Source of the DNA: Octopus bimaculoides
Lineage: Eukaryota
Assembly (NCBI RefSeq): GCF_001194135.2
Contig: NC_068989.1
Coordinates: forward strand, 88,057,478-88,114,085
Length of the DNA: 56,608 nt
Direction: 5' to 3'
Of the stretch, positions 48,401-56,608 are shown piece by piece. The position numbers were made by a program, and so were the translations under genes. Numbering within the stretch: position 1 is the stretch's first letter; each line of letters begins with the position of its first letter. Below the pieces are notes generated by a model. It worked only from the letters and a program-made list of their open reading frames with translations, had not been told where the DNA came from and did no database searches.

Positions 48401-48846
48401 TTTTGTTCCTCTTTACGTTCTCAGTTGATACTCCAGCAAGGTTGACTGCCATTCAGGGTTGATAAAATAAGTATCAGTTGAGAGCTGGTGGGGAGGGGGG
48501 GTCAACGTAACAAACTTACTCCCTCCCCTGAAATTGCTGGCCTTGTGCCAAAATTCGAAGCCAACACCAAGCTGGTGTTTGGAACATAAATTAACAGGAA
48601 ATTTTGAAGGTTTAAATTTTGGTATCAATTTAAACAGGAATTTGTATCATAGAATTAGGGACAATCTCAAGCAGGGTGCTCATTAAATGAGTGAAGTCAC
48701 ATTACAGATCAAGTATGTGGACCTTGCAAAGCAATGTCACACCCCGTCACCCAAAAATGTTTAGTCCTGGTCAGTCTTCATCAAGCAGACCAAACAGATC
48801 AAGAGTTCCAATTGAGACTGTTTTCCATTTTATTCCAAAACAGTGT

Positions 48847-49180
48847 GAAGGCACATGGCTCGATGGTTAGAGTGTTGGGCTCACAATCATGAGGTAGTGA
48901 GTTCGATTCCCAGACCAGGCTACATATTGTGTTCTTGAGCAAGGCATTTTATTTCACATTGCTCCAGTTCACTCAGCTATAGAAATGAGTTACGTCACTG
49001 GTGCCAAGCTGTATCAGCCCCTTTGCCTTTCCCAACATCGGTGGCACGGAGAGGGGAGGCTGATATGCATGGGCGACTGCTGGTCTTCCATACACGACCT
49101 TGCCCAGACTTGTGCCTCAGAAGGGTACTTTCTAGGTGCAATCCCATGGTCATTCATGACCGAAGGGGATCCTCTCCAAA
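48847..49180 (+). mobile_element. tRNA-derived SINE family F, near full length
   Basis: gaaggcacatggctcgatggttagagtg...gagttcgattccc...catgaccgaagggg. Confidence 0.7.
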
Positions 49181-50311
49181 CAGTATAACTTGGATTGTAT
49201 TATTTAATGTGCTCTTCCTTTATGACAGTAGGGAGTGATTTGATACAGCTTTAGCTGCTATTGTTAGTAGGTCAAGCAACAATGTCTTTGCATTACAAGG
49301 TGAAGTGCAATGAAATGGTTTGAACTGGGAACTGAACCAGTGTCTCTTCACTCATTAAAATAGGACACCACATAAAAACACCCTTGCTGGTACCATGTGT
49401 AAAGCACTGGTACTGGTACCACATAAAAAGCACCCAGGAAACTCTGTAAAGGGGTTGGCATTAGGAAGGACATAGAAACAATTCCAAAACAGACAACAGA
49501 GCCTGGCACAGGTCCCAGGCTTATCAGCTCCTGTGAAATCCTCCAATTCATGCCAGCATGGAAAATGGATGTTAAATAATGAAAGATGTTGAAGTAGTGA
49601 AATAATAGAGCATCAGAAAAAAAAGGGGTATAAGTCCCCTTAACATCCAGTGTTCAAATCTCCTAAAGATCAATAAACAAAGGATCAATTAAGTATCAGA
49701 AGTTGATTTCATCAACTACACCCCTTACTTGTAAAGGTGTGGCCCTGCAGCAACAATGTCAGAAAATTAATCTAGAGAAGGCACAGACATGGCTGAGTGG
49801 TCGAGAAATTTGATTCCCAATTACATGGGCTCCGGTTCAGTCCCACTGTGTGGTACTTTGGGCAAGCATTTTATACTCTAGTCAAGGCCAGCTAAAACTG
49901 AGTGGAATTCATCATTATCATTTAACATCCATTGTCTATGCTAGCATGGGTTGGACAATTTGACCAGGACTGGGAAGCTGAGGGGTTGCGCCAGACACCA
50001 GTCTGATTTGCCAGCATGGAAAGCCAACATTAAACAATGATGATGATGATAATAGTTTAACACTATGGAAATGCATATCCACATGTGCACCAAGCTTGAA
50101 AGATTGCTTGGAGACACAAGGTATGTTATGCAAGTCTGCTGGATTATTGCGTTTCCATAGCATGAAATTATTAGCAGCTCTCATTTAAATACTGTCTCTA
50201 CTATATGGCATTTCTCTCTCACTAGACGGACTACTTTTTTTTGTTGATCCTGCCTATAACAAAACAGTAAACTCTCCCTCTCTCTTTATAAATAATATAT
50301 ATATATATATA

Positions 50312-50424
50312 TAGGTGTGGCTGTGTGGTAAAAAGTTTGTCCCCCAAAAACAAGGTTCCAGGTTCAGCCCCACTGTGTGGCACCTTGGGCAAATGCCTTC
50401 TACTATAGCCCATTGTGTGTGTGC

Positions 50425-50475
<51 letters not shown>

Positions 50476-50640
50476 TGTGTGTGTGTCTTGCCTACATCGC
50501 TTGACAACTGATGTTGGTGTGTTTACATCCCCATAACTTAGTTCGGCAAAAGGGACCGATAGAATAAGTACTGGGGTTAATTTCTTCAACTAAAGGCGGT
50601 GCTCTAGCATGGCCGCAGTCAAATGACTGAAACAAGTAAA
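50312..50640 (+). mobile_element. Family A SINE with expanded central (TG)n(TA)n
   Basis: Same architecture as 46621-47019. Confidence 0.8.
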
Positions 50641-52235
50641 AATATATATATATATACACACACATGGACAGGAATGGCTGTGTAGTAAGAAGTTTGCCTC
50701 CCAACCACATGGTTTTGGGTTCAGTCCTGCTGTACGACACCTCAGTCAAGTGTGTTCAACTATAACCCTGGGCCGACCAAACTAGCAGAAGGAAATTGAA
50801 AAGAAGACCATCCTATATACAGATAAGTGAATGTGTGTGCTACTCTACTTGCCTTGACATCATGTGATGGTCATAAATGAGTGACATCATCAGGCAAAAC
50901 AGCGTTCTTTGTCTCCAATCTTCTGTGAAAGTATATTCAGGTATAAAGGAGAGAAAATTTTACTTGGAAACAGGTGAGAGTTGATGACAGGAAAGGCATC
51001 CAGCCATAAAAATAAATCCACAACAAATTTTGTCCAACCCATACAAGCAAGGAAAAGCAGACATTAAAAAATGGTGATACACACACAAACATGCATTTTT
51101 TTAGGGACTCTAATATAGGGATAAGGCCACAACATTTGAGGGCTGGGTAATGTCAAACTCCAACATTGGTCCTATATTTTAGCAACCCCCAGAAAGACAA
51201 AAAAAGTTAGCCATAATAGAATATGAACTTAGAGTGCAAAGGTCCATAATTACATACCACAATGCAGTTCGTCTAACAGCTCAGCGAGTTTGACTAATTA
51301 ATAGCTGCTGAATTTTGTTGAGGCAGATTTTCTACAGCCGAATGCTCTACCAGTCACTAACCCTCACTTGTTTTGAAGCACAGTAATATTTCCCCTATGG
51401 TCAGACATGTTTTTTAGGGAAAACTAGAAACAAACAATGCTGCTTGTAATGATGGAGATGTGCTTTTACAATCATGATGATGTCAAGACAAGGGTACACA
51501 CAAGCACACACCATCACTTAATGTCTGTTTGTCCATGCTTGCACAGGTTGAACAGCTTGAATGGGACTGGTAAGGGCCAGGGGCCAAACCAGGTTCCATA
51601 GTCTGATTTGTCTTGGTTTCTACAGCTGGATGCCCTTCCTAACACCAACCACTTTACAAAGTGTACTGGGGGATTTTTACCTGGCATCATCACCAGTGGT
51701 TTTTACCCAGCACAGGCTTCTTTTCAGTTTCCATCTATCAAATCCACTCCCAAGGCTTTGATTGGCTCAGGACTATAGAAGACACTTGCCCAAAGTGCTG
51801 CACAGTGGGACTGAACCCTAACCCAAATGGTTAGGAAGCAAGCTTTATAACCACAGAACTACTCATCATGATTGTTTAACATCTAGTATCGGTTGTATGG
51901 TTCGACATGGAGCAGGCCAAACTCGACATGGTTTCTATAGCTGGATGCCTTTCCTAATGCCAACCACTTTGCCAAGAGCCTTTTACATGCCACCAGCACA
52001 GGTGTGCTTACACAGCACCGACACAGGTGCTTTTTACGTGGCATCAGCACCTGAAAGGACAAGCCTGTATATCTGGAAGACAGCAATTTTATTTTCCTAT
52101 GCTTATATCAGATGTTATACCATGTGACTCCTACTGTCACTAAATAATCCCTTCACATTTTCTTTTTTAAAGCAGCATGCAGTAAAAGAGGAGACATAGT
52201 GTGATATCCATGCTTTTTTTTTTAATAAGAAAATG

Positions 52236-52626
52236 TAATGGCTGTGTGATAAGTAGCTTGCTTACCAACCACATGGTTCTGGGTTCAGTCCCACTGCGTG
52301 ACACCTGGGGCAAGTGTCTTCTACTATAGCCTCGGGTCGACCAAAGCCTTGTGAGTGGATTTGGTAGACGGAAACTGAAAGAAGCCCGTCGTATATATGT
52401 ATATATATATATGTATGTGTGTGTATATGTTTGTGTGTCTGTGTTTGTCCCTCAACCGATGCTGGTGTGTTTATGTCCCTGTAACTTAGCGGTTTGGCAA
52501 AAGAAACCGATAGAATAAGTACTAGGCTTCCAAAGAATAAGTCCTGGGGTCGATTTGCTCGACTAAAGGCGGTGCTCCAGCATGGCCGCAGTCAAATGAC
52601 TGAAACAAGTAAAAGAGTAAAGAGTA
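52236..52626 (+). mobile_element. Family A SINE, full length, young
   Basis: High similarity to 46621-47019 and 24022-24420. Confidence 0.9.
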
Positions 52627-53493
52627 TACCGGTAGGTTTTCAACCAAAAACTGAACCTACACAAAAGCCTCTGCCAGGTTGTTCCACATGCTAGAAATAG
52701 CAACCGAATCTCAATTCACGTTTTTTGTTGCTAAACAAGTAGGGACCAAGAGTATGAAACTATCATCACCATAAACAGACCTTTGAAAGTCCCCAGGAGG
52801 TGAGGGGTTGTCAGAATTAAATGATAATCTGTTATCAATCATAACCAGTTCAAAGGAATGCCAAGAAGATAGTGAGATGGTGCAAACAAAAATGTAGACC
52901 AGCACTGGAATAAATGCAACCCAGGACTTGGTCCTGTAACTCCCTCCACTCCCACACACTAAGTTCCGAGTTCATATCCCGTCGGGGTTAGCTATTTTTT
53001 TAAATAAATGAGGGAATATCTATATGGTCGCTAGACTTCCTAGAAACAGCAGTCAAAGTCTCAAATTACATATTAGAATTTTTTTTTTTAGACACATTGC
53101 TTAATATAGTCCCCAGTATAACAGTATACAAATAGAAGAGATGGTCACTGTTGGATCGCCTTCACCTGTAGGTTTGCTTAGCTAGGGCTGACCTGTGACT
53201 TAAGAAAGTATTGTATATGCTTCCAAAGCAGAACCAGTAAATATTTACAGAGAATATATCATATCCCAATCTTTTGCCAGGGTTTGTAATTGATTTTATT
53301 CCCGATTCATGCTTTTTTATTAACTGTAGTAGACCCCTGAAGAGACGAAAAGGCCAAATCGATTCTAGCAAGATTTGAAAACGGCAATAATTTTCGCTAA
53401 CTAACGATACTTCTTTCAGATTGTAATTTTATGAGAAAGCCTAAAAAAAAAATTATAAGAAAAAAACAATTTCGAACTACATTTAAACGGGTG

Positions 53494-53539
<46 letters not shown>

Positions 53540-54149
53540 CATATACACACACAAAAGCGAAGAAATACACTCCGACTTAAGTAAAGGAAGCCAAACGTGG
53601 TCGCCAAACCCGTTAGAATAAGCCCAACCTTATTCCAACCAAAGCGTAGTCATTCAAAGAGCACGTTATATAAAATAGTCCTAGATACACACACACCATT
53701 TCAACTAAAGAAAACAATGGGATGGTCACTACTGGAAGGCCTTTGATCGCTGATCAGCTCAGAGCTCAGGTGGGGATCAAGTAACCAAAATATACATCTC
53801 ATAAACAAAAAAGAATGTTACAAAACACTATTATAAAAAGAATATATATCTATATATAAATAATATAGGTCCAACTTTGGTGTACATTTATTCCAGTTGT
53901 ACCCTTCTAACCATTTTTTAAAATCATTTTATTTTTTCACCCATAATCTATTCTGTGACTACATTTGCTAAGCGTATTAAATGTTACGAAGACGGTAAGG
54001 GTGTGATTTAGGGAACGTATATATGTTGTCATGCAGGAAAGACTGACAGAGGTTTTCATTTTCATCTGTGGAATGCGTAATCAGTCATACTGTCGCTACT
54101 CCGAGTTTTGCGTTGCCCTTATTTCGTTCTATAAACACACCCACACACA

Positions 54150-54187
<38 letters not shown>

Positions 54188-54399
54188 NNNNNNNNNNNNN
54201 NNNNNNNNNNNNNNNNNNNNNNNNNNNTATATATATAAATATATATATATGAGTGTATTTTGATAAGCTTAAGAGTTTGGGGAGTAGCAACAATTACTGA
54301 TGAGACAAGGATGAAGAAGAAGAGGTGTTCAGTGTTTGTGTAGTAGTAGTAGTAGTAGTAGTAATACTAGTACAAGAAATTATGTGTATAGTGGTCATC

Positions 54400-55000
54400 A
54401 GAAACAAGCAGTTAAATCTTAATCGACCCGGTAAAAACAGCAGCCAAACCTCCCTCAGTCTGTCTTAGAAACGGAAGGACACACTGTACAGTAGAGTCAT
54501 CGATCTTCGAATTCCACTCACATGTCGGATGCGTTATAGGAATATAAATTGACCTAAGAATATTTTGGTATATATGTGAATAAGAAGATGTTTATTGATG
54601 GAAAGTCTTTGATCGTCGGTACACCCGAAAGGGGCTGACCTGGAACTAATGAATTTCATCTCAACCTGCTAGATTAGATATAGCAGTCAAATCTTCCTCA
54701 TATATCATACTCAACCATTTTAAGGATATACACGAGATAATGGTGTAGTCCTAGATATGCTATTAATAAAACACAGGGTGATCGTAATCATTATGTCTTT
54801 GATAAGGTCTGTCCACACAATCAAAGCTAACCAAATGCTAAACAAGAATTAATAATACTTAACGTGGTAGAAATAGCAGGATAATATACCTCAATTCACA
54901 TCCTACCATTTTTAAGTATCCGAGTACATGGAGTGCTAGATACAGCCATTCATGAACAAAATACACAGGATGGTCACAGCTGACCTGAGGTTAAATAACA
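54400..55000. repeat. Cluster of ~3 degenerate copies of a dispersed repeat (tagaaatagcagccaaatc... family), also at ~5010, 17180, 18780, 47260, 53030
   Basis: Recurring atagcag(c/t)caaa..ct(c/t)cctca and tagtcctagata motifs. Confidence 0.5.
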
Positions 55001-55163
55001 ATAAAAATCTACAAGTATAATTACAACATTAAGTGTTGTTGCCGGCAGAAACTCTTGTCCGTGTCTCTGTCTCTCTCTCTCCGGCACACGGTCCTCTCAC
55101 TACAAAGATATTTACTGCAAAGAACAAAATATACAAACATACAGGAGGTAAAAGCGAAGGTAA

Positions 55164-55172
55164 AAAGGATAC
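55164..55172 (-). promoter_or_regulatory. U12-type 5' splice site GTATCCTTT
   Basis: Exact match to the RTATCCTTT minor-intron donor consensus at the exon boundary predicted by homology. Confidence 0.92.
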
Positions 55173-55290
55173 TAATTATTAGCAATTTGGTACCTATGTC
55201 GAAAGCAGCGACCTCTCCTTCCAGTTTCTCGTTATAAACGGTGGTGCAAGAAATCCGGCTTCCAACAATGAAACATTCACTGTCCGCCAT
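55173..55290 (-). CDS. LSM12: LSM12 coding exon 1 (MADSECFIVGSRISCTTVYNEKLEGEVAAFDIGTKLLII + 1 nt)
   Basis: ATG at 55290. The peptide resembles the N-terminal Sm-like fold of LSM12 (F.VG..VSC.T...EGEV.AFD..TK.L.L). 118 nt, ends in phase 1 at A|GTATCCTTT. An in-frame ATG also exists 6 codons upstream (55308). Confidence 0.93.
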
Positions 55291-56608
55291 ATTTTGATAC
55301 AGCTTCATTTTCACCTTAGTGAAGACGGTTTCAGGCAGTGAATAAAAAAAAAAATACATATCAAATTCAAAAGTTTATTGCAGGCTCAAAAAATTTCATA
55401 ACTATTACAGTAGCAAAAATTTTCGAAATTGTTTCCAGCATCTATAAGCATTTAAGAAAAATAAAATAAATTTCTACCAAATAATAATTTAGATTATTTG
55501 CATGCAGAAGAAAAAGGGGAGAAAATGAAGTACAGCATTGTTAAAATACGGAAGATTAAAAGGGTAATAATTTGTATGCCGTGAAGTAAATGACGAAATT
55601 ACATTTCTATCATTTTTAACGATTTATGTGAAAATTTAATAAAGAATTTTAAGCATAGCATTTATCCTCTGAAATAAATCTGGATAGTAATAAAGTATAA
55701 ATTAAAAGAAAAAGGTAATTACAAGATGTATGTTATGTCATTCCGTAATTTGCTTCTGTAGGCGTTAAGCTTTGATGCACCATACCTTAATTTTTCAAGA
55801 GGTGGGGAACCGATAGAGTAATGTTTTATAATATAATCATTTTATTATCCAGAAAAGCATTAACTTTATGCAATATTTAAGAAGTAATTTTTTTAATTTC
55901 CCAAGGAAATTGTGATTTATATTTAATGAATCGGGAAATGATTCGAAGCTAGAAAACTCAGAATGGAGCTCATCACGTAAAACGTGGTTACAGAGCACCA
56001 TGTGGACACGAATAACAAACATGGACTTTGCTTTGCCACTTGTGATTAGAAACCAAGTTGAGGGTGAGTAGTCGCTCCATACATCCGTTATGTATGTACC
56101 TGATTGCTTGCGTGTCGTGATCAAGTTACCCTTAATTGCGATTCAATTCTAAAGGTATTTAATTTAACTTTATATATTAATGTTTACCTTTCAATCACAG
56201 TAAATATATATGTATATATATATAGTATATACACATATAATTAAATATACATACCCACATTTTGTATTACAGGTTGTTGAGTGAAGATGTATTTAAAAAA
56301 AACGAATTCAGTGTTGGGAATGAAGAACTAAAAATTAAAGCCTAATTAATTGATAATTACAAATATATTTTCTTTCTAACCATTATATATTTATCGAAAG
56401 TTCATTCTTCCAACTAATCTTTTACCATTTCTACTCACTAAATACTAATTATCTCCTTTAGCTGTTACCATGTTAAAAGTTGCTTGCTTTTTTTTTTTAA
56501 TGAACTTTACCCTCTACATTATTTTGTGCTATCGTTATTAAAAATATGTATATATTTCTCTACTTTCTTTAACAATAACTTTCTCTTCTTTTTTTTTTTT
56601 TTTTTTTT

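Larger units (their letters stand above)
41750..55172 (-). other. LSM12: U12-type (minor spliceosome) GT-AG intron, LSM12 coding intron 1, 13,423 nt including 1,060 N
   Basis: 5' end GTATCCTTTTTAC; 3' end ttccttaac-aaagtctctcAG with only a weak pyrimidine tract. Joins exons 1 and 2 in frame (A|AA = Lys). Confidence 0.9.

Noticed and set aside
54722-54729. ATATCCTT (AT-AC type U12 donor) on the minus strand about 440 nt into the minor intron, suggesting a U11 decoy or USSE
   Set aside because: It is a single copy inside a degenerate dispersed repeat. Similar 8-mers occur on non-coding strands elsewhere (8663, 35411), so chance is sufficient.
55021-55359. 112 aa ORF with a hydrophobic C-terminus, suggesting a small membrane protein
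   Set aside because: It is LSM12 exon 1 read through the U12 donor into intron sequence.

Overview
AT-rich, repeat-dense eukaryotic genomic DNA with seven N gaps. The SINE, LINE and MITE families point to a coleoid cephalopod, most likely Octopus (inference). Almost all ORFs in the supplied track are spurious (microsatellites, repeats, N runs). Two spliced protein-coding genes were reconstructed by hand, both on the minus strand. (1) A complete 5-exon LSM12 orthologue: CDS 55290-55173, 41749-41616, 41084-40975, 38880-38751, 36707-36612; 588 nt, 195 aa. Its first coding intron (about 13.4 kb) has the signatures of a U12-type (minor spliceosome) GT-AG intron: 5' GTATCCTTT and branch site TTCCTTAAC 12 nt before the AG. 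(2) An aldo-keto reductase of bacterial-like (AKR11/IolS-YhdN-like) flavour: six exons found between 18124 and 2260. The exon with the catalytic Asp is missing, probably in an N gap, and the terminal exon probably lies left of the window. The rest is a layered transposon landscape: CORE-like and other tRNA-derived SINEs; RTE, CR1, R4/Dong-like and Penelope-like fragments; a decayed mariner; Helitron and Helentron-like elements; piggyBac-, pogo- and Tc1-type MITEs; and palindromic GG...CC MITEs with 7-8 bp TSDs built around inverted TTAGGG-like repeats.
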